A DNA stretch of 63,235 bases, counting the filler, from Octopus bimaculoides (Eukaryota), in NCBI RefSeq assembly GCF_001194135.2. It is 9 parts of 8 records of this genome, joined end to end, with 100 filler letters (N's around TTAATTAATTAA, not from the genome) between each part and the next. Parts side by side here need not be neighbours in the genome. Positions count along the whole stretch, not along the records: positions 1 to 3,857 come from NC_068987.1; positions 3,958 to 15,331 come from NC_068988.1; 7 more parts are not named here. The stretch is one strand, 5' to 3'. Both the position numbers and the translations under genes were made by a program. The notes beneath the pieces were generated by a model. That model saw only the letters and a program-made list of their open reading frames with translations, had not been told where the DNA came from and ran no database searches. This document shows, one piece after another, positions 1 through 13,722 of this stretch. The first letter of the stretch is position 1; each line of letters opens with the position of its first letter.

Positions 1-1
1 T

Positions 2-52
2 CTAACCCTAGGGTTAGGGTTAGGGTTAGAGTTAGGGTTAGGGTTAGGGTTA
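2..52 (+). repeat. Interstitial telomere-like (TTAGGG)n with a head-to-head CCCTAA/TTAGGG junction
   Basis: ctaaccctagggttagggttagggttagagttagggttagggttagggtta: about 7 units, one degenerate. The G-rich strand is on + at the left edge, the wrong polarity for a true left telomere. Confidence 0.8.
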
Positions 53-720
53 ATTGTTTCAGAATCGTTTGTTTATGTAGTCGGCACTTAATGTATATCG
101 GCTGAATGGACGTCAGTGATTGGTTGAAATTACAGAAATACGACAACTTTAACATGGAATAATTTATGGATTTCTTTTTTTTTTAAGAAGACTAAGAGAA
201 AAAGATGTTTTATATGACACATTCTACCAGTGTTCCAAGTTTCAAAGTGTTTCGTTAATGAAAAATGTGGCCCCCGTTTTAAAAAAGATCCTATAATCGT
301 TAATAAGTATCTTCTAGATATTGTCAGTGACGTCTTAAAGGAATGTGTGTTGGTGTGAATAAAGAAGTAAACAGAAAAAAAAAAAAAATAAAAGAGTCTT
401 CCTGTGGAGATTACAGTTTGACATAGGTAGATGTGGACGGTTCGTTCAATGAAGACAACCAACTGCAGAAATATGTAGCACTCAGACTACCGTAACAATG
501 TTCATATCTGAAATATTGAGTAAAGAAAAAAGAATGAAACTTTGTTATTTTGATTCCCAGAATCTGATGTAGACAGCGAAAATATGATGAACGAGAAAAA
601 TTTAGAAGAATTCAAGAAATATTTATTCGTTCCACTTAGTATGTTGTTGTTTCCCCACAGTTAATCGGTTTTTCAGCCAGAACACTTACAGTCAAATATG
701 TTCTTTAATAGAATTCATTC

Positions 721-840
721 TAATTTTGGCATAAGGTCAGCAATTTTCAGGGGAGTGGCTAAGTCGATTACATCGATCCCAGTACTTGGCTGGTACATTG
801 TTTTATCGACCCAGAAAAGATGAAAGGCAAATCGATCTCA
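721..840 (-). mobile_element. SINE family A fragment
   Basis: Reverse complement of the motif gtcgactttgcctttcatcctttcggggtcgataaa...gtactggggtcgat seen on + at 10350-10425, 22100-22240 and 43830-43930. Confidence 0.7.
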
Positions 841-874
841 ACGAAGGAGAGGAAAAATCAATAAATACAAGGGC

Positions 875-1078
875 CTGACCGGCTGCTATCAGTTTGTGTC
901 GGTTGTCATCGAGACGTCAGGTGTTCTTGGATCCCGTACTACCGATTTCCTCCGCAAAACAGGGATAACGGCGGCCCGTCGGAGAAAAGAGCCCTGTGAG
1001 GTGGAGTGGCTGCTGAAACGAGTATTGCTGGCCATTCTCCACAGCAACGCCATCGCGGTCATTACCGCCGGTCTATTG
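875..1078 (+). mobile_element. Non-LTR retrotransposon C-terminal restriction-like endonuclease remnant (CRE-like)
   Basis: VVIETSGVLGSRTTDFLRKTG...EPCEVEWLLKRVLLAILHSNAIAV resembles the CRE-clade tail pattern ET.G..G...F......EP.E..L.QRLS.A..RGNA. Confidence 0.55.
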
Positions 1079-1224
1079 CCCCCTCCACCTTCTTTTTCTT
1101 TTCTTTCTTTTCCTTTCTTATCACTCTTCCCCCCCTGTTTCTTTGTATTTAAATGTTATGATTTCCGACTTTTATACGATTCTACCAGCTCGTCGCCTTA
1201 ATCTATTCCATAATAGCCTTTCAT

Positions 1225-1520
1225 CTTATAGGCACAAGGCCAGCAATGTTCGGGGAGGAAGTCAGTCGGAGTAGTGGATACACGGGCCTTAGTATTAGAT
1301 TGGTACGTATTTCAAATTTTGTCACACGGCCAGCAATTTCGGGGGGGGGGGAGGAAACCAAAACGATTACATCGACCCCAGAACTCAACTGGTACTTATT
1401 TTACCGACTCCGAAAGAATGAAAGGCAAAATCGACCTCAGCGGAATTTGAACCCAGAAGGTGAAGATGGACGAAATGCCGTTAAGCATTTTGACTGGCGT
1501 GGTAACGATTCTGCCAGCTT
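1225..1520 (-). mobile_element. SINE family A (partial copy plus fuller copy)
   Basis: ggccagcaatt...gattacatcgaccccagaactcaactggtacttattttaccgactccgaaagaatgaaaggcaaaatcgacctcagcggaatttgaac, the same family as 721-840. Confidence 0.75.
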
Positions 1521-1999
1521 ACCAACTTAATAATAATAATAATAATAATAAATAATGATGATAATGATGATGACAACTAAGGTGCTGATGGTGATGATAA
1601 TGTGGATGGTGGTAGTGGTGGTGATGATGGTGTTGTTGGTGGTGATGACGACGATGATGATAATAATGATGATGTTGACGATGATGACGTCGCCGTCGAC
1701 AACACACTAAAGATAAATATGAAAAACAACGAAAGAGTAGTAACTTACTGATATTTATTATACCAACCGGACTCCCATGCGTTTTAGAGCAACCATGGCG
1801 TTTGTTGCCTTCTGCAAATATATTAACAATTCATTAGACATAATGATTATTTACCTTATATTATCAATGACAGTCACACATCATTATCATTCACCTCAGT
1901 TCTGTTCCAGTATAAAATAAGTCTTCTTTGTATCTCCTTGAAATACTAAAGCAGGACCCCAGTTTCTGTCCCTCTGTCATACTCTGACCTCTCATCAGT

Positions 2000-2295
2000 T
2001 GGCACAAAGCCACTTCCCTCAATACAATTCCCCTTCAGTTGAGGTGTATGTGTGGAGGGTCTTCTCTTGCAAGTTACTCGGTGGCCTCTTTGGTGCTAGT
2101 ATCCACGCAGAAAAGCACCCTGTACGATCTGTAAAGTGTTTGGCGTTATGAAGTGCCTCCAATTGTAGATATCGTGTCAAAGCGGACAGTAAAGCCAGGT
2201 GCAGTCCACTGGCTCGCCAGCTCCTGCCAAACTGTCCAACCCATACCAGCATGGAAAACGGTCGTTAAATGACGATAATGATGGTGATGATGATT
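2000..2295 (+). mobile_element. SINE with RTE-LINE-type 3' tail
   Basis: Ends aactgtccaacccataccagcatggaaaacggtcgttaaatgacgataatgatggtgatgatgat, an RTE-like tail followed by (GAT)n. Confidence 0.6.
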
Positions 2296-2687
2296 CCCTC
2301 TAAGTAGTCATCTTTGACATTTCCGTTATCGTAAAAGAGTTGAAGATTATTAAGGTCTTTCGTGTCAATTATGGAATTATGCCAATTGCCAAGTAAATGT
2401 TTCTCGGATCAAGGTTAGCGTTATTACTACATTCTAGTGACCTTCATAAAACCAGATCCTTTCCTGTTCGCTAATTAAGTATAAAAGACACCCAAAAGGA
2501 GAGGATCGTTAAAAGGACAAAGTGTAAAGTTCGAGTTCAAGATCGAGTGTTGGACACAATCACGCCATAGTAAACATCAAGTTAATACCAGTGTCTGTTC
2601 GTCTCTCGCCTTCAAAACATAAAGTGGCTAGACATCCTAGATCTCTCTCTCTTTCTCTCTCTCACTCTCTCTCTCTTTCTACATACA

Positions 2688-2756
<69 letters not shown>

Positions 2757-3178
2757 GAAAAATGTATTAAATACTACAAAATGTACACGTAGGCCAGACA
2801 CCAGAACCCTAATACTTCATCAGTTATTGACCGAAAAATATTAACACTTAGTTTCATGCTTNNNNNNNNNNNNNNNNNNNNNNNNNNNNNNNNNNNNNNN
2901 NNNNNNNNNNNNNNNNNNNNNNNNNNNNNNNNNNNNNNNNNNNNNNNNNNNNNNNNNNNNNNNNNNNNNNNNNNNNNNNNNNNNNNNNNNNNNNNNNNNN
3001 NNNNNNNNNNNNNNNNNNNNNNNNNNNNNNNNNNNNNNNNNNNNNNNNNNNNNNNNNNNNNNNNNNNNNNNNNNNNNNNNNNNNNNNNNNNNNNNNNNNN
3101 NNNNNNNNNNNNNNNNNNNNNNNNNNNNNNNNNNNNNNNNNNNNNNNNNNNNNNNNNNNNNNNNNNNNNNNNNNNNNN

Positions 3179-3204
<26 letters not shown>

Positions 3205-3216
<12 letters not shown>

Positions 3217-3410
3217 CATACACATTCGCCATGATAAATCGCTAGCCACTACACATTTTTTTTCTCTCCTTGTTTCATTCTGAGTTCCTTTGTGGAAGAG
3301 CGTAGGCTCGAAACGTTAAAGACTTTTTCACTTCCCGAGCGTTATACTAATACGTCTGTTTGTTGTCTACACTACTTGTCTTCATCTTTTGTTTTTTTTG
3401 TGAATTCTCG
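3205..3410 (+). mobile_element. Penelope-like terminal repeat fragment
   Basis: gaagagcgtaggctcgaaacgttaaagac motif; a related copy lies on - at 49950-50105. Confidence 0.45.
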
Positions 3411-5964
3411 CACGCACAATATTACATTCAGATGGTGGGAAATCACTTAGCGAAGGTGTCGTATAGTAGAATTGAACCCTAGGACCACGTAGTTGTAAAA
3501 TAGACGAGACTTCAACCCCAAACACGCCCCCAAAATTAATTTAATCGAATGTTTGATTCTCGTAGGGGACAACCTATTTCAAATGCAGCTAACTTATAAG
3601 GGACAGCATAAAAGAAAAAAAGGAATATACTTCTGTACTCACCTGCCATTTTCTACGAGAAACAAATTTTTTCAATCGCTTTTTTGACAGAGTTCTATCG
3701 TGAGAAGCTGTCTCTGAGGTAGATCGCTAGAACAAAAAGAAAAAGGAAATGGAAGAATTATAGATTGTCCGATATCTTGGTAGCTAGGCGTTCGTGAGAT
3801 AGATACATTATCTGTAACAATGGATAGGAAGTATATCTGTCTAAAATATATATTAATNNNNNNNNNNNNNNNNNNNNNNNNNNNNNNNNNNNNNNNNNNN
3901 NTTAATTAATTAANNNNNNNNNNNNNNNNNNNNNNNNNNNNNNNNNNNNNNNNNNNNTACTTGGAAGCAATGCGTGGCGTTCGATCATATAATAACATAA
4001 ATAATATATAATTATATGCATATATCCATACATATATATATACATACCGACATCTATATGTATACATACATGCATATATGGGTACAGGACATCACAAAAA
4101 ACGTTAACCACAATGAGAAACAAAAACGTAAAGACGAGGACAGAAAACGAACTTTTTTTCGAACAAGATTCTTAATGTGAAATCGTTTGTTGAATCAGAT
4201 ATTGCTATATTTGGGGACGGTCATTTTGCCAATAAACACATGAACTGTTTATTTGATCTTCACTTTAGCTTTATTGTTGTTATTAGTTTATTTGTCAGAG
4301 TTCTTTCGTCACACATTCTGTGACTTCTTCAATGATTCTGTTCGTCGTATCCCCACTTCTCTCTGATTTTGTTCGATCTATTGCACCTTGTCTTTCTGAG
4401 ATTTGAGGAAGATTTGGTTGCTATTTCACCAACTGCTTACAGCCTTTATATTTGACTCGAGTAACATTTGTTGTTGTTGTTGTTGTTTGACCCTGTGTCA
4501 ATCCTAATGGAATTGGTCTCTGGTTAAAAGCATGCTGCTTGTCTCAAACTCGCTAATGTTAATGGTATTTTAACTGTTGGTTGGCATCACTCTACCTAAT
4601 ATCAGGAAGAATGCTGCCAGCAAGGCAGATGTTTGATAAAAGACATCAATTATATGGAATTCTATAGGAAGGAAATTAAACTCGAGAACGAGTTTCATAA
4701 TATCTACCGTTTCTGCAGATGTTTCCAAAGATTTCAACCCAAATACAACGGTGGTAAGAAAGTTTGGTAAATATTCCACCTAAGCTAGATATTACGATGG
4801 AATTGGAAGGAAATTTCTCAAAACTGGTTCGGAGTCTATATAGAGTGAGTTGAAATGCATTAATTGACCTCGAGTTGGACTCTGCTTAACCAAAGACATC
4901 AAAGTGAAACGGGGAACATAATAGGGAATCACCACTCTGCGATTGTAGAATGGTGCAAACCATGAGACATCCAATTGATGGGTTGGCCATTCTTGGATTC
5001 ATCCAATTATTTGAAAAATTTGAGGAATAACACAAAAGATCTAGAAAACTGTGCAAAAAAAAAAAATAACGGAAATATTTGATAGAGGTACAGACATAGC
5101 CACATGGTTGAGAAGCTGCAATAGGGTAGCTTTTCTATGTAGTCTTTCGATCTGCTTGAAGTAGCAGCCAAATTTCGGTGTTCCTAATGAAAATTAATTT
5201 AACTAATTGCGCCCCAAAAGTAATTTAGATGTGTAACATATTTTAAGCATCGTAGATTACAATTCTGGCAAACTAAATGGGGAATGTGTATCATATACGA
5301 TGAAGAAACCTGAAAAATATGTCCTGCGAATCGCAGAGCAGGGAAAGGTTTAAATCTGATGTTGTTGATCCCGGATTGCAAGGGATTTACGTAGCATGAG
5401 GTTAATTGCACGGAAGTGAGCAGAGAATGGTAAGAAGTCGTTTGTGTGTGTATGTGTGTGTGTGTGTGTGTGTGTAACATCATCTGCAGATAAAGCTGTT
5501 TGTATCTTTTGTGGCAATGTGGCAGCGACCTGTTGATAGAAATTGAATTGAGTGGGTGAGAGGAAGACGAGATCTTTGTGACACTCTATTAGACACATTG
5601 CAGCTTCTAGAATGTTCTTCTTGTAAACTGCATTGGTTTGGCGACCTGATGGATAGTTAGATTTCCCTACAGATTCCTCAAAATGGAAAATTTCTGTTCT
5701 GTTTCTCTCTTTCTTTCATAAAATAATTGCAAAACGACATATTTCATTCTTCGGATCTATTTTTAATAATTTAATTTCCAGTAAAGCTTCTCTCGTTTCC
5801 AAAGAATAAATAAATGGTGGCGAATGGTGAAATGAGTTTATATTACGCAGAAAATTCTAGCGCGGAAAAGAAGTGAAATCTTTCATTTCAAATGAAAATG
5901 GTTATGATTGTGACTTCCTCGAAGAAGGCAGCAATAAGAATTCAAGGCAGAGAGAGGGAGAGAA

Positions 5965-6013
<49 letters not shown>

Positions 6014-6302
6014 GAGAGAAAAGGTGGGTGAACCACACACGTCATAGAGTCGTCTCTACAAATATGGCTGTTATTGAAATATAGACTATTCCTTACATCA
6101 CTTACACACACACATCTTGCAAAACAAACGCATAAACGTATATATGCACGCACAGACACATGCACACACACACATGTACGTATACTCACACACACATACA
6201 CATTAACACATTTATATATATACATACATACTTATACAGACATCCATAATAACGCATATATGTTAGATATGTATGCTAGTATGTATCCTTATATATTTGT
6301 TA

Positions 6303-6349
<47 letters not shown>

Positions 6350-6365
6350 ATATATATGTATACAG

Positions 6366-6401
<36 letters not shown>

Positions 6402-6499
6402 ACATGTATAAACACAGATATATACATATTAATATACATAAATGCAAATCAATGCACACATAGATAAATATATATTTATGTATATTTATCAGCATATGT

Positions 6500-6551
<52 letters not shown>

Positions 6552-6556
6552 TTACC

Positions 6557-6622
<66 letters not shown>

Positions 6623-8466
6623 GAACTATACGTCTGTCTGTCTGTCTTACCTGTCTATTTACCTAGCAATCTAATAACATGTCTGTCTTTTTATCTAATT
6701 AGTATTTGCATATCTCTCTTTCTTCATTCCTCCTCTCTCCCTTTCTCTATATATTTAGCTATCTACCCATCTATCTACCTAGATATCACTATACATATGC
6801 GCTAGTGGTATAAACATAAGATTTATTACGCAAAACTCTTAATTCGAAATCATATGATGAAATAGCTAATGTTGGATTTCAAGGTGCTTCTTTTGGCAAT
6901 AAAATCACAACCTCGCAAGATACATAACATATCACATAGCTATCGAATCTTAATACCTATCAATCTGTATTGATGTTGCTATAGAGATGTATGCGAAGGT
7001 GATTTGTAAGAGTGATGTGGTACATCTCGCGGTCGATGCCAAGAAACCTGAGCTTCTAATATCCATGCGCCACAAATTCAAGCAGTGCGTATTATTTGTA
7101 TTACAGAATGATTGAATTACATAACGATGGTATAATGATATAATATTCAATTCCGTATCAACACCAAAGGCATTTTATGAAGGTATTTAGAGGAGTGATT
7201 TTGTAGGGAGTCTAATATATCGCGGCCATTATTATGCTGTTCATCAGGTGAAACATTGAGTAGAAAAATATCCATCCTGTGAACACGCACGCACGCAGGC
7301 AAGCACACACATGCACACACACACAGACACACTCAGAAACACACACGCACGCACGCAAGCACACATATGCACACACACAGACACACATACGCATGCACGC
7401 ACACATACGCACGCACACACACATGCATACACACAGACACACAGACACACATACGCATGCACACACATACGCACGCACACACACATATACGTGAACACAC
7501 ACAGACACACAGACACACAGAGACAGAAACACACACACACACACACACAAATAAATACACACACTTACACACACACTCACGCATGCTTGTATGAAGGAAA
7601 AGAGGTGGGGATCGAACGTCTTTCATGAGTCATAAGGCCATTTTCCCTGGTTCTGTGACAACAACAACAGCAAGAACAACAACAACAACAACAACAGTAA
7701 CACCGCTACCATTGCCGCTGTCAACTATAGCAACAATATCGACAGAAACACATACATCTGTGTGTGTGCGCGCGCGTGTCTAAGTATGTATGCAGATATA
7801 CCCAACATCCGATACTCATCCCAAAAGCAAGATTTTCCCCAACTTTGTCACAAGCACCATACGCAATGTAGCAATCTCGTTTGCCAAAGCCACACAGTAC
7901 TGGATGGTGTACTCACTCGTAAACAAAGAAGCCTTCAGGTAAAAAAAAAAAAAGAAAAGAAAAGAAAAAAATTGCGCATAAGATCTGTGTTGTACAACCC
8001 GATATGAAGGATTCGCCTGCGGCAGAACTCGAAGAAAATATAAAACGAAACAGAAAATGCCAAATTATTTATGTGGACCGGAAAAACTAAACAAACAGAA
8101 AAAACTACTATGACATAGATCGAATATATATATATATATATANNNNNNNNNNNNNNNNNNNNNNNNNNNNNNNNNNNNNNNNNNNNNNNNNNNNNNNNNN
8201 NNNNNNNNNNNNNNNNNNNNNNNNNNNNNNNNNNNNNNNNNNNNNNNNNNNNNNNNNNNNNNNNNNNNNNNNNNNNNNNNNNNNNNNNNNNNNNNNNNNN
8301 NNNNNNNNNNNNNNNNNNNNNNNNNNNNNNNNNNNNNNNNNNNNNNNNNNNNNNNNNNNNNNNNNNNNNNNNNNNNNNNNNNNNNNNNNNNNNNNNNNNN
8401 NNNNNNNNNNNNNNNNNNNNNNNNNNNNNNNNNNNNNNNNNNNNNNNNNNNNNNNNNNNNNNNNNC

Positions 8467-8505
<39 letters not shown>

Positions 8506-8543
8506 TATATGGAGAGTTTATGGGGTGTTATATGACATAAATA

Positions 8544-8798
8544 ATGAGGGAAGAGAGGATTATGCTGGTTACGTGCGCCGATATTGATGAAACCAAAATA
8601 CTCTCGACTGTTACATACTCCCCTGGCATAGACCGAAACCTATATGTGAAGAGTTTGTGTGCTGTCATACGCTGCATAAATAGAGAAGGAAAATATGGGA
8701 TTATGTTCGTCTCGTATGCCAATAAAGATGAGACCAAAAAAGCTTTCGACAATTACGCTCTGTTGCTGCCCTACATAAAGCAGCGGATGACAAAATAA
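8544..8798 (+). pseudogene. Possible degenerate RRM-like ORF (84 aa)
   Basis: RNLYVKSL resembles RNP2 and GKYGIMFVSYANKDETKKAF resembles RNP1 plus helix, but the spacing is too short for an intact RRM. Confidence 0.25.
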
Positions 8799-9067
8799 TC
8801 TCCTCTTTCGTTATCTAGTAATGATGCAGGAGGAAAAAGTAAGTTAATCGAATACTAATCAATGTCATGTCAGAACTGATCGGATATCCAGATAAAACTG
8901 GAGACGCTTACTCACTCCTGCGAACCTCCTGAGAATCTTAGACCTTGGTTATTTGGAGTGTGAGGATCAAATTGTTAGCATGGATATGAGGCCTAGGTAT
9001 TGTACAAGAAAGGCTCAACACTGCTCTTTCACTCACTCATACATACATACATACATACATACATACA

Positions 9068-9094
<27 letters not shown>

Positions 9095-9098
<4 letters not shown>

Positions 9099-9260
9099 TT
9101 AGCAGTCCGTTGCGGGGCTACTTATTTTTGCCAGCTGAGTGGATAGAAGCAACGTGAAATAAAGTGTCTTGCTCAAGAACACAACACGCAGCCCAGTCCA
9201 GAAATAAGAACCACGATCTTGCGTTCATGAGTAATATACCTTAACCCCTAACCCATACCC
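9095..9260 (-). mobile_element. SINE family C 5' part (tRNA-derived head)
   Basis: gcaacgtgaaataaagtgtcttgctcaagaacacaacacgcagcccagtcc is the reverse complement of the family C body at 20647-20973. Confidence 0.7.
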
Positions 9261-9286
9261 TCTATATACACACGCGCGTGAGCACT

Positions 9287-9328
<42 letters not shown>

Positions 9329-10052
9329 CACACACATACACACACACACATACACATACACATACATACACCGTGCACACGCTCGCGTGCTATATACATT
9401 TCGTTACTATTATGTTAAAGTGTTGTATGTCCAAATTAGGCGAAAAGCGTTTTTTTTTTTTTTCAATATTTATTTTTGCTTGCAAAAGCCGGTTCTTTTG
9501 GCCAAACTATCGTATTTCCAGCTGCTTCAGATGCCAAGATATCGAAAATTGTCTAAGTGTAGTACAACGGTTTTACTATAGAATGGTGAAACTATTTTCT
9601 TTTTGCTTTTCGGAAAAGACAACGTTTTGAACTTACGACACTTTGGCATAATAGTAACGATATATATCCGCCATATTTTAGAATCTGCCGTAATGTCGGT
9701 GTTAAGGTAGCAATAAGTTCACTGTATTTGACATTTTTTGACATAGACGTGTTGAGGTCATCAGACGATAGATACTGAATCTTTCCTATTTTCCTTGGCA
9801 GTAACTGAAGAATCCATGTTTAAAAGCCATAAAAACGTCTATGTTATTTGTTTATGCCATGGTAAACATATCAAAATATAACCAAAATTTGCAGGAATTA
9901 AATTCATTCCAAGAAAACTTCAAATTCTTCACATTTTTATTGTTTTATATCTGTCGAACTTTGCCTTTGTTGTTATAAGCAAATTTACATAAAGTAACTT
10001 TCATGTCCGCCACAGATGTAACATAGGTGGTTATTTGGTAGAGCAGCGAGAA

Positions 10053-10179
10053 TAGCGGCTCTCAAACGCGATTCCCAAGGACGCATGCAGCCCTCAAACA
10101 TCCTTCTGGCAGCCCCCGACGCTCTTTTTTCTATAAATATATTTTTTCTTTATTTGATACGTGTTTTAATTAATTAATT

Positions 10180-10210
<31 letters not shown>

Positions 10211-10283
10211 TTGTTGTGGCCCCTAAAAGATCCAAAAAGGTTTTGGATCTGACCCAGATCTCAAAAAAGGTTCGAAACTACTG
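10053..10283. mobile_element. hAT (Charlie-like) MITE, degenerate
   Basis: Ends tagcggctctcaaac ... ggttcgaaactactg resemble CAGTGGTTCTCAAAC-type TIRs, with internal gcagccc/tggccc motifs; no clean 8-bp TSD. Confidence 0.45.
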
Positions 10284-10289
10284 TGTTAG

Positions 10290-10425
10290 AGCGTTAGATA
10301 GGTTGCTTTGTGACAGTCGTTCCGGTTCTCTACGTTCTATGTTCAAATCCTGGTACGGTAAACTCAGGCTTTTATCCTTTCGGGGTCGATAAATAAAGTA
10401 CCAGTCAAGTACTGGGGTCGATTTC
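10290..10425 (+). mobile_element. SINE family A
   Basis: gttcaaatcc B-box-like motif then tttatcctttcggggtcgataaataaagtaccagtcaagtactggggtcgat. Confidence 0.7.
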
Positions 10426-11476
10426 TCTCTTTCTCGCACTACATCCTCCTATTTTTATTAGTCTGCCTGCTTCCCTCATTTTCTGTAAGTCGGTAATGGT
10501 TGCAAAAACGTGATTACGAAACACGAGCTATAAATAGAATCCCAGGGGATTGATGTTTTAAAGAGGAAGGATTGTAAATAGACGTTAATGCAGGTCTGCG
10601 GTTGTTGTGGTAGTGGTGATGGGGCGGGAGAGGGACGAAACTCAATGTGGATGGTGATAGAAAAAGAGATACGTCGAATGGACATTTGCTGAGAGTTCAA
10701 GATGGTGACAGATTCCAGTTAGACGCTGGCAGCGCCGATGAGAGCCGAGATGAGTTTCAAACGTTGAAGTCCTCAAGAATGATATATTCAGAGAAAAATC
10801 ACATGAGATAGATATCTTCTATACAATCGGGAATTAGTTGCTGGTGGTTGGAGGCCTTCGTGGGGACGATGGAGAGAAAGCAGATGGATTTAGAGGAATG
10901 AAGAATGAGGAATAGAAACGTTAAGTCAAAGTAATTTAAAATCTTTGGTGAGCTAAAGTTTGAAGGATTTACTTAAATAGCTTACGTAACCAAATTACAA
11001 TATCGGTTTCCAGCTAAAAATTGCCCTATTTTAACACGTAATATTTCTACATATGGCTATGATTTCACGAAGCAAGTCAGCGATTTTGTTTTCAGATTCA
11101 CTCGAAGCTCTAATTCATCGTTCATTTCGCTGATTATATCACGCAAACGTCTTTTCTCAGACTCCCAACTGAATTACATACTTACGAAGTGACTATCGAT
11201 TTCTTTCTCTCTCTCTCTCTCTCTCTCTGACAAACACACACGCGCACACGCACGCACACGCACGAACAGATCTATGTATGTGCGGGTGCATGCGTGTGTA
11301 AGGGCTGTGTGTGCGTGTGTGTAAGGGTTGGAGGGGAGCGTTCAATTATTGACTTTGCAGTGTAATAAAAGGCAAAAGGTGACACTTATAGGATTTAAAA
11401 TCATTGAAGGTCGCTGCCGGCTAATGAGATCCAAAGGCAGTTGCAGTCAATATCGCAAACCTGACATCAAACCTAG

Positions 11477-11525
<49 letters not shown>

Positions 11526-12018
11526 GTCATCACCTTCTTTAACAGCGCTACCGCCTTATTACATGTATGCGTGAGCGTGTGTGTCTGTGTGTGTGTGAGA
11601 GAGAGAGAGAACATTTTACTTTCTTGTCTGTANNNNNNNNNNNNNNNNNNNNNNNNNNNNNNNNNNNNNNNNNNNNNNNNNNNNNNNNNNNNNNNNNNNN
11701 NNNNNNNNNNNNNNNNNNNNNNNNNNNNNNNNNNNNNNNNNNNNNNNNNNNNNNNNNNNNNNNNNNNNNNNNNNNNNNNNNNNNNNNNNNNNNNNNNNNN
11801 NNNNNNNNNNNNNNNNNNNNNNNNNNNNNNNNNNNNNNNNNNNNNNNNNNNNNNNNNNNNNNNNNNNNNNNNNNNNNNNNNNNNNNNNNNNNNNNNNNNN
11901 NNNNNNNNNNNNNNNNNNNNNNNNNNNNNNNNNNNNNNNNNNNNNNNNNNNNNNNNNNNNNNNNNNNNNNNTATATAAATGTATGTATGTGTATATATAT
12001 ATATATATATGTGTGTGC

Positions 12019-12057
<39 letters not shown>

Positions 12058-12160
12058 AACACACACACACATATATATGTATACACACACACATATATAT
12101 ATGTATACACACACATATATATATATGTATACACACACACATATATGTATATATACATAC

Positions 12161-12207
<47 letters not shown>

Positions 12208-12396
12208 CATATATATGTACAAATTGAAGCCTTACAGAGTTCGTTTACCGAGGAAATGACATGTATCGATTATCACAAGTATCGCCTCAGATTCTTTGTG
12301 TTCACCATTAAAATAGTGTGAAGCTTTTTACCATTTCCAGCATTCAGGAAGAGAAAGACAGAGAGATAGAGGGAGATAGTGAGAGAGAGCAAGCGA

Positions 12397-12434
<38 letters not shown>

Positions 12435-12765
12435 AGAGGAAAAGGAAGAGAAAGAATAGGAGAGAATGCCTGTTCTTTTAAGACTATCGTAATAAAACGA
12501 ACATATCAATTCTGAATCACTCAAGACAAACCAACACGTAAACATCTACACTGGTTGTACTGCATCCTCAAAATAGCACCTAAACCTTCTTCGTCAAATT
12601 GTAACCAATAAAAATTACAATATTTTTGTTTATACATTGTCACGCTGCTTCTCTCTTTTTTCTTTTATTTACTGTGAAACTCAAAATAACTCTTCAAGAA
12701 ACATTAGTTTCTAATAATAATATTAATAATAATAATGATGATTTCTTTTATCGTATACAAAAGGA

Positions 12766-12814
<49 letters not shown>

Positions 12815-12999
12815 GGAACTAATGTTTCTTGAACCCGTACGTTGAGTTTCACAGTGAAGGTTACTCAGACGAATAATGGTGATGACGATGATGACGATGA
12901 TGACGATGATGACAATGATGATGATGATGACGATGATGACGATGATGACAATGATGATGATAAGGAGGAGGAAGAAGAGGAGGGTGGTTTCAAATTTTC

Positions 13000-13210
13000 G
13001 CACAAGGTCAGAAATTTCTGGGGGGGGGGGTGCAAGTCAATTGCATCAAACCCCCATACATAACTGGTACATATTTTGTTGAGCCCGAAAGTATGAGAAG
13101 CTAAGTCAACATCGGCAAGATTTGAACTCAAAACACAAAGACAAACAAAATGCTGCTAAGCATTTTGTCCGTCTGTCCGGCATGCTAACGATTTCGCCAC
13201 CTCACCGAAT
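13000..13210 (-). mobile_element. SINE family A, diverged
   Basis: aactggtacatattttgttgagcccgaaagtatgagaagctaagtcaacatcggcaagatttgaactc...atgctgctaagcatttt. Confidence 0.6.
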
Positions 13211-13394
13211 ACACAGCCAACCACCTACACTTTTTTCTGCAAAATAGGGGTAGTTTATCCTGTTCAGGCTATATTATTAGCATTATCCTGCGATTGAGAA
13301 TTTAAAAATCACTTCTTTAACTTTCTAAGACATCTCAAAGCTTCTAAAAGCAAATTTCGTTTGTTTATTTACGTTTGTCGTAATTTGAATTTAA

Positions 13395-13494
<100 letters not shown>

Positions 13495-13499
13495 AATAA

Positions 13500-13681
13500 A
13501 GATGGTATAAACACACGCCAGAAAAGGTCACAGAAAACGATAGAGAAATTAAGGCCAATAGACCAGACATAGTTGTCAAAGATCACGAAGGAAAAAAATG
13601 CTTTCTAATTGATGTATCAATACCAGCAGATGACAACGTTTCCCAAAAAGAAATGGAGAAACTTTCAAAATAGAAAGACCT
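13500..13681 (+). pseudogene. R4/Dong-type non-LTR retrotransposon REL endonuclease fragment
   Basis: Translates RWYKHTPEKVTENDREIKANRPDIVVKDHEGKKCFLIDVSIPADDNVSQKEMEKLSK*KDL, with the PD..D catalytic pattern and an in-frame stop. Confidence 0.8.
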
Positions 13682-13690
13682 GTACATACA

Positions 13691-13721
<31 letters not shown>

Positions 13722-13722
<1 letters not shown>

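Noticed and set aside
3285-3320. Possible hammerhead ribozyme in Penelope-like ends (gaagagcgtaggctcgaaacg; also about 50060-50090)
   Set aside because: The GAAAC half and a short stem are present, but no canonical CUGANGA sits in register with stem II.
3902-3913. TTAATTAATTAA embedded in N runs (also at 15376, 21366, 24368, 28070, 33881, 41118, 60310)
   Set aside because: The identical 12-mer centred in N padding gives stops in all six frames; it is an assembly gap marker, not biology. It also means distances across these gaps are unreliable.
4570-5040. Hydrophobic minus-strand ORF pieces resembling a membrane-protein pseudogene
   Set aside because: Several stops and no recognisable family motif.
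5902-7628. Many long ORFs rich in HT/CV/YI/LS repeats (here and throughout)
   Set aside because: They are translations of (CA)n, (TA)n, (GA)n and (TATC)n microsatellites; the long X-containing ORFs are N gaps.
8819-8838. 20-nt candidate microexon (ttatctag|...|gtaagt)
   Set aside because: Length is not a multiple of three and there is no supporting neighbouring exon; such pairs arise by chance.
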